Assembly (NCBI GenBank): GCA_965215885.1
Contig: CBDCEW010000037.1
Span: 1-60,200 of the forward strand
Source of the DNA: Candidatus Moanibacter sp.
Lineage (GTDB): Bacteria; Verrucomicrobiota; Verrucomicrobiia; Opitutales; UBA2987
Direction of reading: 5' to 3'
DNA: 60,200 nt
The notes under the pieces are model-generated. The model was not told the DNA's origin. It ran no database searches and saw only the letters and a list, made by a program, of their open reading frames with translations. The translations under genes were made by a program, and so were the position numbers. Positions 30,386-41,989 of this stretch are shown in pieces (position 1 is the first letter of the stretch; each line of letters begins with the position of its first letter).

Positions 30386-31961
30386 TTCGTTATGTAAAGA
30401 AACGGTGGACGACCTCACTCTATCGAAACGCCTTGGGTCGAAAAGAGAAAATCGAATTACTCTGGGGCGATCGCGTGCGTGTCATCAATAAAGATGCAAA
30501 CCTGTGGAAGGTCAAAGCGCGGGGATTGACCGGCTTCGTCAAACCGAATCACCTGGGAAGACGCTCTTATCTCGAGCTCTATTTTATCGACGTAGGTCAG
30601 GGCGATGGCGTGCTGATCAAGACGCCTGACAATCGGCATATTTTGATTGATGGCGGCTGGTCCAGGAAAAGCCAACCGACCGGCAAGAACGCGGCCGACT
30701 TTGTAGATTGGAAGTTCTTCAGGGATTATGAGAAGGACGCCATAGAACTGGACGCCATGATTTGCTCGCACAATGATCAAGATCACTATGGTGGTTTGTG
30801 GGATCTGCTGGATAAAGCTCAGCATGAAGAACTCAATAGCAAACGCGTTCACGTCGAAGCTTTCTATCATGCCGGCCTCTCCTGGTGGAAAGGCACCAGC
30901 GGCCGAACCCTCGGCCCATCTACTTCGACTAATCGTGGACCGATGTGGACCCGCCTTCTGGACGACCGGTCAAGTTTGGAAGCCGGACTGCGGAGCGGCG
31001 GTTCGCAGCCGAAACTACAGGGAGAGTGGGCATCGTTCTTGCGGAAGGTCAAGCAGGCGAAGACGCGCCTCGGTGTTCCAACACCGGTCACCCGCCTCAG
31101 CCATGATGTAGGATATCTACCGGAATTCGGTAAACATGGCGTAGTCAGCATTAGAGTCATTGCCCCCGTCATGTTCGATGTCGGCGGTAAGCTCGGCATC
31201 CACAAATTCAAAAAAGGGAACAGCATAAATACAAACGGCAACAGCGTTCTCCTGAGACTCGACTACAAATCTGTCCGTATCCTGCTAACCGGTGACCTGA
31301 ATACGGCAAGCCAACAGACCCTGCTCGACGATTATGCCGGTATGCATGACGTTTTCAAATGTGACGTCGCGAAAGCCTGCCACCACGGAAGTGGTGATGT
31401 ATCGATAAAGTTTCTCGAGACCATGCAGCCTGCGTGCACTATCATTTCATCCGGTGACAGCGAAGGGCACGACCACCCGCGTCCTAACATTGTTGCCGCC
31501 AGTGGTCTTACCGGCTTTAATCGCTTCGGGTTTAATTCCCCGAAGCTTGCTTCGTTTCTAATTCATAAAGTCTAATATCAAATGCCTCGGGGCTTGCCCC
31601 GAGGATCTTTACGAAGATAAGAAATGACAAATTACTGACACCGCTCGTCTTTTCTACGGAGCTTGCTCGGAGCATTGCCCTTGGGAAAGTGCATCAAATG
31701 AATCAGCTGAATGCACAGAATCAAGTGGTTCAGGAGATCAGAGGCAAACAACTGGGGCGTTATAAAACGAAGTACAAAATCACCATGGCTGGTGATCGGG
31801 CGCCCAGGTCCGGCAGCTCCAGGATTAACCGGCGACGCATCGCTGCCAAGATTTCCTATGGCTTGATCAATGTCCGCACGGATGGGCGCACCATCATGTG
31901 CGCTGCACTGAACGAAAAGGAATTCAAGTGGAATGTCACCACGTTTAAGGCGAGGTTTTAG
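30382..31961 (+). pseudogene. ComEC/Rec2-like MBL-fold hydrolase interrupted by a 92-bp element
   Basis: FIDVGQGD, LIDGG, SHNDQDHYGG, LTGD, KACHHGS, HDHP; removing 31521..31612 restores one 495-aa frame. Confidence 0.88.
31521..31612 (+). mobile_element. 92-bp non-autonomous IS200/IS605 derivative
   Basis: Same left and right hairpins as 7357..7905; follows TTTAA and ends gatctttac. Confidence 0.92.
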
Positions 31962-32113
31962 TTCAGATTTGATTCCGGTGAGGACTCTTTCTTAAGAATT
32001 CACCCATGGTGGGTTTCCCTCCGTCGCCCAAGGGCTATGGAGGACAGGCCGCCCCATACCACTGTCCCTTCCGGTCTGTCTGACCTCAAAGTCAAATTCG
32101 GAACCATTCGGGT

Positions 32114-32201
32114 GTAGCCGTGCCCACAAGGGCGCGGTCCGCGAACTCCAGAGGGCCCGTCTTCTTGCGAAGACGGCTACGATTAACTGTTGGGGTAGTC
32201 G
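32114..32201. repeat. About 90-bp palindromic repeat (second copy 35046..35134; inverted part near 39843..39867)
   Basis: gtagccgtgccc.caagggcgcgg...cttcttgcgaagacggctacgattaactg shared between copies. Confidence 0.75.
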
Positions 32202-32704
32202 CAGCACCACTATTCTCACTACCATAGGAACGTGGGACTGTGGGACTCCGTTCGGGTGACTGGTTATTGCTTAGTGGTCACTGACATTTCCCCCATCCGC
32301 ATCTCGCATCCCACATCTCGGATCTCGCATCCCCTCCTCCACTGTTTGCGTCCCTGCTGTACAGCAGAGTCTTCGACTTGGCGGCTTCTTGATTGGGCGT
32401 AGGACCGCTGAGCGGGTCGAAGACCGTTGCGCGAGCAGACGATTCTCCAACATCCCAAAACACAGAACTCAGAAGGGTAGTAACCAATACCTTCAATCCC
32501 ACACCGAACACCAAAACCCAAAAACATACAAGCCACCCTCATCACTTTTCCATCCCCGCGTCTCCGCACTCGTCACGGCGCATTCAGTGAAACGAAACGC
32601 AGACGGATCCCCGCGTCTCCGTCTCCTCTCTTCTATCCTCTTCCTTTCGCGCCCTTTTCGCGTGTTTGGCGGGCCCCTCCCTCTTTCTCCGTTTCGCAAA
32701 GCGT

Positions 32705-33850
32705 TTAGATATACCCTGTCGACCCATCGGGAGCGACGGGACAAGTGCGCTCCCAGCGGACGAATTCCTGTTTTATGAGGACTTCTTCGTCAACTTCCAC
32801 ACCGAAGCCGGGACGTTCCGGCCGCAACTCGAGATATCCATCCTTAGGAAGGTAGGGATCGTGCAGCCAATCTCCGCCATCCGTGCCGACCGGCACCTTG
32901 TATTCGAGTATTTTGAAGTTGTGGGTGGCGGCGGCGAAATGGAGGTTTACCGCCGCGGCCAACGGGCCCATCGGATTGTGCGGCGCCACCGTCACGTAAT
33001 GAGCGGAGGCAATAGCGGCGATTTTGCGCATCTCCAGGAGTCCGCCGCAAACACAGATGTCCGGCTGGATGATATCGGCCCCTTGCGCCTCAATTAAATT
33101 AGTAAACTCAAAGCGCCCGTAGAGACATTCCCCAGTGGCCAGAGGGACCTGCATCTGGCTCCGGAGGCGGGCCCAGGCTGGTATGTGTTCCGGGCGCAGC
33201 GGCTCCTCATAAAACATGGGATCGAAAGGCGCCAGAGCGTTAGCCAGTTGCAGCGCGCGAATCGGCTCGAAGATTTTTGCGTGAGGATCGAAGGCGAATT
33301 CCCAGTTGCTGGGACAACGATTTCTCAGGTTTTCAAAGAATCCGGCCGCGGCCTCACACACTTCCCCCCAGCGGTTGGAAAGAATATCGATGCGATACGG
33401 TGAAAGCTTGAAGGCCGTGAATCCCCATTCCTCATGCAGGGCCTGGGCCTGTTCGCCTGTTTCCTCGGCCGTCTTGCCCCCAATGCCCTGATAAATCCGA
33501 ACACGGTCTCGAACGTTGCCCCCCAGGAGCATGTAGACAGGGAGATTGGCCGCCTTTCCACTAATGTCCCAAAGGGCGTGTTCGATACCCGATACCGCGC
33601 CCAGAACCGTCCCTCCGGCCGGAAAGCGCAACTGTTGATGGACTTTCATCATGAGGTACTCGATTCGACGCGGATCTTCTCCCAAAAACCAGGGGGAGAG
33701 ATACTCGACGACCTCCGGAACCGCACCATCGGGGCCAATCGAATAGGTTTCGCCCCAACCGGTAATCCCCTCGTCGGTTTCCACTTTTGCCAGATAACGG
33801 GACCGTCCGCCGAATACGGCCGGAAAAGTGTGTATCGCAGTAATCTTCAT
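32705..33850 (-). CDS. Mandelate racemase/muconate lactonizing family dehydratase (DgoD-like)
   Basis: ETDEGITGWGE, ALWDISGK, YEEP, ATGE, IIQPD, APHNP. Confidence 0.92.
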   Translation of the reverse strand: MKITAIHTFPAVFGGRSRYLAKVETDEGITGWGETYSIGPDGAVPEVVEYLSPWFLGEDPRRIEYLMMKVHQQLRFPAGGTVLGAVSGIEHALWDISGKAANLPVYMLLGGNVRDRVRIYQGIGGKTAEETGEQAQALHEEWGFTAFKLSPYRIDILSNRWGEVCEAAAGFFENLRNRCPSNWEFAFDPHAKIFEPIRALQLANALAPFDPMFYEEPLRPEHIPAWARLRSQMQVPLATGECLYGRFEFTNLIEAQGADIIQPDICVCGGLLEMRKIAAIASAHYVTVAPHNPMGPLAAAVNLHFAAATHNFKILEYKVPVGTDGGDWLHDPYLPKDGYLELRPERPGFGVEVDEEVLIKQEFVRWERTCPVAPDGSTGYI

Positions 33851-33984
33851 AACAAACAGCCAAGATCTCTCCCCAACATATCCGCAAACCCCAGATAAAG
33901 AAGGATAAAGTTACTGGTCGAGCCACCGACTACCTATCTCGCAATGCGACAAAGTTTACGACAAGGCTTACGACAAAGGAAGTT

Positions 33985-34175
33985 CTAGCCCGGACATTTC
34001 ACACACTTCGTAGCGAGGTCGCGTAGATTGCTGCCCATCAATGCCTTTCCGCAGAACGGCGGGCGATCCCGGCCTGCCGGGATTGAGACCCTCTGAGGTC
34101 GGCGGGCAAGGGAAGGCTTTGATGGGCGGTGAGATCCGCGGTCGTAGCAGAAGATTTGTGAAATGTTCGGGCTAG
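33985..34175. mobile_element. MITE with CTAG-bounded TIRs, copy 2
   Basis: Homologous to 19479..19660. Confidence 0.85.
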
Positions 34176-34603
34176 TAGCCGCCCTACCTGCTGAGCACAA
34201 CTCATCCGTTGCCGTCCTTGTATCCGTTGCTACCCTCTCCTCTTTTCGAGTTTTTTCGCGTCTTTAGCGGGCATCACTCTTCGAGAACGAGAACGACGAA
34301 AAAGATTACTGACTACTGCGGATCCTTCTCAGCGGGACGAAGTCCCGGCTTGCCGGGGTTCACCCTCTTATCTTCCACTCTTAAATTCTTTGCCTCTTTG
34401 CGCCTTCTCGACAGGGCGCAGTGCCGCTCCGCGGCCCGAAGACCGTTGCGTGAGCCACTCCCCCTTCCCCCGCTCTTCCCTTAATAGTACACCTCGTTCC
34501 TCCGTATCAAGAGATTGCAATAAACCGCGCTCTCACAAAAGTCGGAGTGTGCCGGATCCCGGCCGCGTACGTGTTCAGCAATCGGAACGGAAAGAACCCA
34601 AAA

Positions 34604-34987
34604 ATGAAGACGAGAATAATCACAGCGACCGCAACAATCCTCCTTCTAATCGCCTGTGCGAAAGACACCACTCCACCCGAGGTGGTCAGCACGATCCCGG
34701 CGAATGGAGATCAGGCCGTAGATCCAGCTCTATCGACACTTTCTGTAACATTCAGCGAACCCATGATGGATGGCAACTGGTCCTGGGCATATACAAGAGA
34801 GGAGGACTTTCCGGAGATGACGGGTCAGCCGTTATTCGAAAATAACAATACCATCAATCGACTGCCGGTTAAGCTTGAGTCAAATAAGCAGTACATCGTC
34901 TGGATAAATTCCACCAAGTTCATGAATTTCAAGGACAAGGCCGGGAACCCCAGTATGCCTCACCGTTTGGCCTTCAAGACACGTTGA
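34604..34987 (+). CDS. Lipoprotein with Ig-like (Big_5-type) domain
   Basis: Lipobox LIAC; DTTPPEVVSTIPANG...VTFSEPM. Confidence 0.8.
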   Translation: MKTRIITATATILLLIACAKDTTPPEVVSTIPANGDQAVDPALSTLSVTFSEPMMDGNWSWAYTREEDFPEMTGQPLFENNNTINRLPVKLESNKQYIVWINSTKFMNFKDKAGNPSMPHRLAFKTR

Positions 34988-35620
34988 ACCGGACGTCTCG
35001 TGGAACGCGCGAGCCTCTCGTTACATCAGGTATTTCCGACTGCGGGTAGCCGTGCCCGCAAGGGCGCGGAGCGCGAGTTCGAGTTGATCCGCCTTCTTGC
35101 GAAGACGGCTACGATTAACTGCTGGAGTAGTCGCCGCACCCCCCACCTTTGATACCTGTTATTTTCAGCCGCAAGCTGCCCAAGACCACTGCGCCTGCCG
35201 ATGAACCCAGGTCACCCATGTCGAATAGAGTCTCAGCTCAATTTTCCTCCTTCATCCTTCGACCACCGTAAGGAACAGTGGGATGGCTACTGCATCAGTG
35301 GTCGGGCGCGCTTAGGATTTCTCCCACGGAGGGCTTCGCCCCATACCACTGTGCCTGCCGGTAATCGCGATTCCCCGGCCCGAATACAGTCTCAATTGGG
35401 AATTCCTCCTCCTTCCACCGTCCACCGTCCACCGAAGGGAAACGTAAGAGGCAACGGGTCAAAAAGCTTCGAATATCTTACTCCTTGTATCCCACTTCCC
35501 GAATCTATATCTCCTGACTTCTGGTCTCTGACTTCTGAACTCTCCAACTCATAAAACTCCGACCACCCACCTCCCGCATCTCGCATCCCGCAACTCGCAT
35601 CCCGCATCCAGGCAACAACC

Positions 35621-38600
35621 ATGCCCCCATCCACCAAACCCTTCCCCACCCTGACACAAGGCGATCTCGTCGACCTCTGCGGGTGGACGGTTCTCAAGGA
35701 AGCGCGAGGACTTCTGCGACGAAACGCCGTTGCTGAATGCGTATGGGAGGCGCCCATCCTTCGGGGACGTGTCGAGATTTCGACCGAATCCTATTTCCCA
35801 AAATTCAATCTGCGCTCGACCATTTTCGCGGAAAACCAATGCAACTGTACTCGAGGGCGCCAGGGATCCGTTTGCAGTCATGCCATCGCGCTTTGCCTCT
35901 CACGGATGGAAGAGCGCAGACAAGCCCAACGGGCCGAAAAGGAGAAGGAGCGGTTGAGACGCGAGGCGGAAGTGCGCAAACCGGCCGTACGTTCGCTGGT
36001 GCTTTCGAATGAGAAGGGCTTGCCACTTGCCTTTGAAGTGTTCCTTCCACCCAACCTGCCGGCGGTAGCCGAGCGGGACGCTATCGTGGTCAAGGTTGAA
36101 GCCATCGTCCAAGGTGAGCGGATTACTCCCGAGAAGTTGGACCGCGGGCGTGCCTACCAACTGAGTGATCCCCATTTTCTGGTCGCAGCGATCATCGAAA
36201 ATTGGTGCGACGGGCAGCTGCACGGTCTCCTCCAGTTGTCACGCACCCGCGTGCGCAGATTGTTGGAGCCCCTCGTGAGTGAGCCCGTCGTTTTCTGGAT
36301 CAACGCCCGCGACCGTCCCCTCGACTGGGACACAAATCAAATTCCCGGCGTCCATCGGTTCCTTGAAGAAGATACCCAGTCAGAAAACAGTCCGGGAGCA
36401 ACATCACCTGACGACAAAGTCGCGTCAGGGGAGAAAAAGTCGCAATCTGCCAGTCACACCACTACCGAATTAGCGCGCCAAACCTTCGCTGCGGCTGAGG
36501 CGCGTGCACACGCCGCCAGCAGGCACATGCCGGAATCGACGCAGCGTTACCCCAGCCTGACCGATCTTCGCGAGGATCGCACTCCCGCCACCGCGGGCGA
36601 GAGAATGCAAGTGGATGGGTCCACGCATTTCCTTGCCATCACCCTGCCTTCACGGGAGGCGGCGGAATACAAAGATGCTGTGAATCTTGTCAAATCGAAC
36701 CGGTTTCAATTGGAGCCGAGGAACCGGAAGTGGTGGTTGCGTGATCGCCGGCGCACCCTGGAGTTTCTCGCCCGCCACTGGACGATCCTCGTCGAGCAGT
36801 TCAAAGCCGAGTTTACGGAGAGCTTTCAGGAGCGGACCGCTAAACTTTCGTTCGCCGAAATTCAAACACGGGCGGAGGATGGTGATGGCGGAGAAGACTT
36901 TGCTGTCACCGTCGGCCTGCGAGCCGATGGGGTTGATCCGGACGAGGTCAGAAAGACCCTCCTCCAGGGTCATAATTTCCTGGAAACCGGTGATGGGGTT
37001 GTTCTCCTCAATCCGGACACGCTTTCCCGACTGGAGCGCATCCAGCGTGGTCTGAGCGGGCAAGTCGATCGTCCTCTTACGCCCACCTTTCGCCGCCGTT
37101 TGCCGGTCGCGTCGCTGGCCGATGCAGAGAATCTTCTCGAAGAGGAATCCGGTTCCTTCGAGGCGCCGAAACGATGGAGTGAACGAAGTGGCGCCTTGAG
37201 ATCGATGAAGGCGCTGCAATCCGCTCCCGTCAGGAAAGCCCTCGACGACCGCCTGCGCGGCTATCAGCGAATTGGGGCCGCTTGGATGTGGCACCTCTCG
37301 TGCAATCGCCTGGGCGGCATTCTGGCCGATGAAATGGGGCTAGGAAAGACGGTTCAGGCCCTTGCCCTGATCAGTGTCGTTTGTAATTCTGAAGAGGAAC
37401 TGAGCGGTCCGTGTCTGGTCGTCTGTCCGGCGGGACTCGTGGAAAACTGGAAGCGCGAGGCGGGAACCTTCGTTCCATGGCTACGCGTCTTCGGACATCA
37501 TCGGGCAACACGCCTCACTCAACCGGCCGAGTTTCAGTCATTCGACCTGATTGTAACATCCTACTCCACTCTGGCTCGCGATGCCGACCTTATGTCCGAG
37601 ATTTCTTTCGCCGCTGTCGTGGCGGACGAAGCACAGCATGTGAAGAATCGTCAGACCCGCAACGCCAAGGCATTGCGAGGCCTTCAAGCGGAGCGTCGAT
37701 TCGTCCTCACCGGAACTCCGGTGGAAAACACTCTAGACGATTTGCGTTCCATTTTTGATTTTCTTATGCCCGGATACCTGCAGCGCGTCCCCGCCCATTG
37801 TGGACGGGAGGATCGAGCCTGGTTTGATCTCCGCCACCGGCAACAGGCAGCTCCCTATATCCTGCGTCGCAGTAAGTCCCTCGTAGCGCCCGAATTGCCG
37901 GAGAAACTCGAGCAGGTCGTGTTCTGTGACATGAGTGCCCGCCAATCCGCTCTATATTCGGATTTTCACAGGAAAACTCAGGAAGAAATCTCGACCATGC
38001 AAATCTCCGGCGCCGGAGAGAACGCAATCCGCTTCGCCGCCCTCCAGAAGCTCTTGCGATTGCGTCAGATCTGCGCCGATCCCCGTCTTCTCGACGAGTC
38101 TCTCCTTCTCGAAGATTCGGCAAAGCTGACCACCTTCCTTGAACTCCTCGACGAAGCCATGGACGGTGGTCATCGCGTCCTCCTCTTCTCCCAGTTTGTT
38201 TCGGTTCTATCCCTCATTCGCGAGACCCTGGAGGAGCGGGATCTCCCCTACGCCTATCTCGATGGCCAGACGATAAATCGCCTCGAAGTGTGTGACCGTT
38301 TCAACAGCGATCCCTCCATCCCCCTCTTCCTCATCTCACTGCGAGCCGGAGGGACCGGCCTCAACCTCACCGGCGCCGATACCGTCGTGCACTACGACCC
38401 CTGGTGGAACCCGGCCGTCGAGGCCCAGGCCACCGATCGCGCCCACCGCATCGGCCAGACCCGTTCCGTCACCAGCCTCAAACTCATCACCGCCGGAAGC
38501 GTCGAAGAAAAAGTCCTTGCCCTCCAGAAGAAGAAGGCGGCCATCCTGAGAGACCTCCTTGACGAAAGCGCCGCCTCCACCGCGCGTGTCGGTCTCGGTG

Positions 38601-38623
38601 AGATCATGGCGCTGCTGGGGTAG
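35621..38623 (+). CDS. SWIM-SNF2 family helicase
   Basis: CNC...CSH SWIM finger; LADEMGLGKT, DEAQ, TGTPVEN, FSQF, GLNLT, QATDRAHRIGQ. Confidence 0.96.
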   Translation: MPPSTKPFPTLTQGDLVDLCGWTVLKEARGLLRRNAVAECVWEAPILRGRVEISTESYFPKFNLRSTIFAENQCNCTRGRQGSVCSHAIALCLSRMEERRQAQRAEKEKERLRREAEVRKPAVRSLVLSNEKGLPLAFEVFLPPNLPAVAERDAIVVKVEAIVQGERITPEKLDRGRAYQLSDPHFLVAAIIENWCDGQLHGLLQLSRTRVRRLLEPLVSEPVVFWINARDRPLDWDTNQIPGVHRFLEEDTQSENSPGATSPDDKVASGEKKSQSASHTTTELARQTFAAAEARAHAASRHMPESTQRYPSLTDLREDRTPATAGERMQVDGSTHFLAITLPSREAAEYKDAVNLVKSNRFQLEPRNRKWWLRDRRRTLEFLARHWTILVEQFKAEFTESFQERTAKLSFAEIQTRAEDGDGGEDFAVTVGLRADGVDPDEVRKTLLQGHNFLETGDGVVLLNPDTLSRLERIQRGLSGQVDRPLTPTFRRRLPVASLADAENLLEEESGSFEAPKRWSERSGALRSMKALQSAPVRKALDDRLRGYQRIGAAWMWHLSCNRLGGILADEMGLGKTVQALALISVVCNSEEELSGPCLVVCPAGLVENWKREAGTFVPWLRVFGHHRATRLTQPAEFQSFDLIVTSYSTLARDADLMSEISFAAVVADEAQHVKNRQTRNAKALRGLQAERRFVLTGTPVENTLDDLRSIFDFLMPGYLQRVPAHCGREDRAWFDLRHRQQAAPYILRRSKSLVAPELPEKLEQVVFCDMSARQSALYSDFHRKTQEEISTMQISGAGENAIRFAALQKLLRLRQICADPRLLDESLLLEDSAKLTTFLELLDEAMDGGHRVLLFSQFVSVLSLIRETLEERDLPYAYLDGQTINRLEVCDRFNSDPSIPLFLISLRAGGTGLNLTGADTVVHYDPWWNPAVEAQATDRAHRIGQTRSVTSLKLITAGSVEEKVLALQKKKAAILRDLLDESAASTARVGLGEIMALLG

Positions 38624-38664
38624 AGGTTGCATCTCTGCGCCGGCATGTTTAGAAGGATCGTAAG

Positions 38665-39432
38665 ATGGTTTCAAATAACGACAGAAAGGTCGTACTCTTT
38701 CCGACACCTGCCGATACCACGATCGAGGAAGTCTTTGACAGATTTCTCACCGAACAGCGAACCCGGCTGAAAGATCGGACTTTCGCGAACTATCGAAACA
38801 TCATCGGTTTGCTGCGCAACTATCTCAATGGTTATGCCTACTCCTGCTTGTCGGAGTCGGAAGGGGATCTCTTCGATCGATACTTCAATGCCGATGACGA
38901 GACTCACCGGGAGTTCTGCCAACTTTTCGGACCCGAGAAAATACCCGAGAATCTCGGCGGCTTTCTCGGTGATTTTATGGTGAGAAAGGTCATTGCCGGA
39001 AGCGACTTCAAGCGCGCGGGTGGAACCGTTACACGAAAGCTCTCCCGCTGGCTCGTCGAAAGGGGATATGTCAGTGCTGAGGACGGACTTCTCGGCGCAC
39101 AGAAGGGGGTATTCGCATCGCACAACCTGCCCCGCGCGGAGAAGGCAGCGGATCTTCTTGCTACGCTCTACGACTCGTCCTTAATCGATCCCGACGACTT
39201 GAAAGAATCGGAATACCGGGATTTCGATCATTACACCATTGCGAGGATTCGCTCTGGCAAAATCTGGTTCACAGACTTCGGGAATCGCGGCCAGCGAACA
39301 CTTCTCGGCCCCGTCTCGATCCCGCCGGATGTGACGAAACTCCTCGAAGAGGGATGGGACATCAGTTGCTCACTCGCTCGAGTTCACGGCGCCTGGCGCC
39401 TCCTCGAAGTCGGAAACGTCTATCCGCGATGA
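38665..39432 (+). CDS. Hypothetical protein; N-terminus resembles an integrase core-binding (SAM-like) domain
   Basis: TIEEVFDRFL...LKDRTFANYRNII...KLSRWLVERG; no RHRY catalytic residues recognisable. Confidence 0.6.
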   Translation: MVSNNDRKVVLFPTPADTTIEEVFDRFLTEQRTRLKDRTFANYRNIIGLLRNYLNGYAYSCLSESEGDLFDRYFNADDETHREFCQLFGPEKIPENLGGFLGDFMVRKVIAGSDFKRAGGTVTRKLSRWLVERGYVSAEDGLLGAQKGVFASHNLPRAEKAADLLATLYDSSLIDPDDLKESEYRDFDHYTIARIRSGKIWFTDFGNRGQRTLLGPVSIPPDVTKLLEEGWDISCSLARVHGAWRLLEVGNVYPR

Positions 39433-39534
39433 CGATGCTCCAATTTGGGACCCACCCGATCGGGTACCGAATACTTATTAGAGAACGTGTATGCCTTCAG
39501 AGCATCCTGAATCTACTCTTCGGTGTCTGTTGCA

Positions 39535-39784
39535 GGTAAAATTTCCCACTCGAACCGCTAAAGAACGCAGATGGACACTGATATCGCTTCGCGTCCATTG
39601 GCGTTCATTTGCGTGGTCTGCCGTACGGCAGACCGGTTCCTCCTCTTTCCCTACACCCGTCCGAGTTTACCATGTATTCGCCCTCCAGGAGAAAAATTCC
39701 GCCATCCTGAGAGACCTCCTCGACGAAAGCGCCGCCTCCACCGCACGTGTCGGACTCGGTGAGATCATGGCGTTGCTGGAGTAG
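39535..39784 (+). repeat. About 250-bp direct repeat ending in a copy of the SNF2 3' end
   Basis: Matches 43875..44113; last about 105 bp match 38519..38623. Confidence 0.92.
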
Positions 39785-40036
39785 AAAAACCGATGCTCAC
39801 CTTCCGCGCCCTTGCGGACACGGCTACCCTGGCGATTTTTTTCGTAGCCGTCTTCGCAAGAAGACGGTTTCTCTCGATCTGGAAGGACTTTCCGAACAAT
39901 CGCATGCCGAGAGGATACTTTTCCGACGACCTCAACTCTCCAGCACTTTCTCCTTCACTTTCCAATTCAAATTCTGACACTCTTCAACCCCCTACATTGC
40001 CACTCTTCCACTGTTCACTATTCACTCTCCTGCTCA

Positions 40037-41989
40037 ATGATCACCATAGACAGGCTCAACCTGAAATTCGGGGAGCGGACGCTTTTCCGCGACGTCTCGG
40101 CTGTGGTCGGCCCTCACGATCGCATTGGTCTGGTAGGCTCCAACGGCTCGGGCAAGACCACTCTCCTGAAGCTGCTCATTGGCCAGGATCTTCCCGACTC
40201 CGGAAAGATAGATAAGGCCCGTTATATTACTCTCGGTCATCTCCCGCAGGAGGGAATTCGAACCGAGGGTAAAACGCTCTTCCAGGAAACAGAGTCCGCC
40301 TTCTCAGACATTCTGGATATGCGCAAACTTGCGGAACAGGCAACCACTCGCTTGGACGATCTGAACCCCGAAGATCCGGAATACGCGGAGACGCTTGAGC
40401 TTCTCGGCGACTGGGAACAGCGACTCGACGAAATGGAAGAGGCGAAGCTCAAGTCGCGGGTAGAGTCGGTGCTCTTCGGATTGGGGTTTGGCCACCACGA
40501 TCTCGAGAGGAACACCTCAGAATTCAGCGGCGGCTGGCAGATGCGAATCGCGCTGGCAAAGCTGCTCCTGAAAGAGCCCTCGCTCCTCCTCCTCGACGAA
40601 CCGACTAACCATCTCGACCTGCCTTCGCTCCGCTGGCTGGAGAGATTTTTGACGAACTACCGGGGCGCCATCATCCTAGTCTCGCACGACCGCAGTTTTC
40701 TGGATTTTCTGACCCGCCGGACCTTCTCGCTTTCGGGCGGCGGATTGGAAATCTACGCCGGCAATTACACCTTTTTTGAGCGGGAGTCCGCGGCGGGAAA
40801 GGAACGCCTGCTCAGTGCCTACAAGAGTCAGCAGCGGAAACTGGCTCAAACCGAACGGTTCATCGAGCGTTTTCGCTACAAGAATACTAAGGCGCGCCAG
40901 GTTCAAAGCCGCATCAAAGCGCTTGAGAAGATCGACCGAATCGAAATCGAAATCGATGAAGAGGAAATCGCCTTCTCTTTTCCTCCGCCAAAACGCAGCG
41001 GACGCACCGTAATGAGCCTTGAAAGTATCTCGAAGTCATACGGCTCGCAAGCAGTCTTCAAGGAATTCAGCTTCGAGATCGAACGCGGTGACCGCCTGGC
41101 TGTCGTGGGAGTAAACGGAGCGGGTAAGTCGACCCTCAGCCGCATTCTGGCCGGGGTAGAACCGGTCGACAGTGGCGAGCGCATCGTCGGATACAACGTG
41201 GACATCGCCTATTTTGGTCAGGATCAGACGGACCTCCTTCATCCCGATCTCACCGCCCTGGAAACACTGGAAAAAGTCGAAGGGGACGGGAAACGTGGGA
41301 ATATTCGCACCATCCTCGGAGGCTTCCTCTTCCAGGGAGATGACGCCTATAAGAAAGTCTCCGTTCTCTCGGGTGGTGAGCGCAATCGCCTCGCCCTCGC
41401 AAGGCTCCTTCTCACACAAGCAAATTTCCTCATTCTCGACGAGCCGACAAATCATCTCGACATGCGATCAAAGTTGGTCCTCCAACGTGCTTTGCAACAG
41501 TACCGGGGTACGTTTGTTGTCATCTCCCACGATCGCTCCTTTCTCGAAACCCTCACGAACAAGGTTCTGGAAGTCGCACCGAAGGGATTTCGACTCTTCC
41601 CCGGCTCATTTCCAGAGTACCTCGCCGACCTCGAAGAAAGAGAGAAGTTGAAAACGCAAATTGAGGAACAGCTCTCCTCATCAAAGAAGAATAGACCTCA
41701 GGACCAGCCCTCCCAGGCAAAAGAGCGCAGACGAATGAATGCTATACACCGGCAGAAGATCGCGCCACTGAAGCGGGAGTTGAGTGACCTCGAATCCAGG
41801 ATTTCACGCTTCGAATCCGAGATTGAATCCATGGAATCCGCCATGGCCGATCCCGAATTCTTCAAGCAGGGAGACGAGACCGCGAAAAAAATGGATCACT
41901 ACGAGTCCCTAAAACGCCGCCTCACCCGTGCCTACGATCAATGGGAGAAAAGAACCGAAGCTCTCAACCGCCTCTCTCACCCCCACTGA
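40037..41989 (+). CDS. ABC-F family ATPase
   Basis: Two ABC domains (GSNGSGKT, FSGGW, LDEPTNHLD; GVNGAGKS, LSGGE), no TM segments, C-terminal coiled coil. Confidence 0.95.
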   Translation: MITIDRLNLKFGERTLFRDVSAVVGPHDRIGLVGSNGSGKTTLLKLLIGQDLPDSGKIDKARYITLGHLPQEGIRTEGKTLFQETESAFSDILDMRKLAEQATTRLDDLNPEDPEYAETLELLGDWEQRLDEMEEAKLKSRVESVLFGLGFGHHDLERNTSEFSGGWQMRIALAKLLLKEPSLLLLDEPTNHLDLPSLRWLERFLTNYRGAIILVSHDRSFLDFLTRRTFSLSGGGLEIYAGNYTFFERESAAGKERLLSAYKSQQRKLAQTERFIERFRYKNTKARQVQSRIKALEKIDRIEIEIDEEEIAFSFPPPKRSGRTVMSLESISKSYGSQAVFKEFSFEIERGDRLAVVGVNGAGKSTLSRILAGVEPVDSGERIVGYNVDIAYFGQDQTDLLHPDLTALETLEKVEGDGKRGNIRTILGGFLFQGDDAYKKVSVLSGGERNRLALARLLLTQANFLILDEPTNHLDMRSKLVLQRALQQYRGTFVVISHDRSFLETLTNKVLEVAPKGFRLFPGSFPEYLADLEEREKLKTQIEEQLSSSKKNRPQDQPSQAKERRRMNAIHRQKIAPLKRELSDLESRISRFESEIESMESAMADPEFFKQGDETAKKMDHYESLKRRLTRAYDQWEKRTEALNRLSHPH

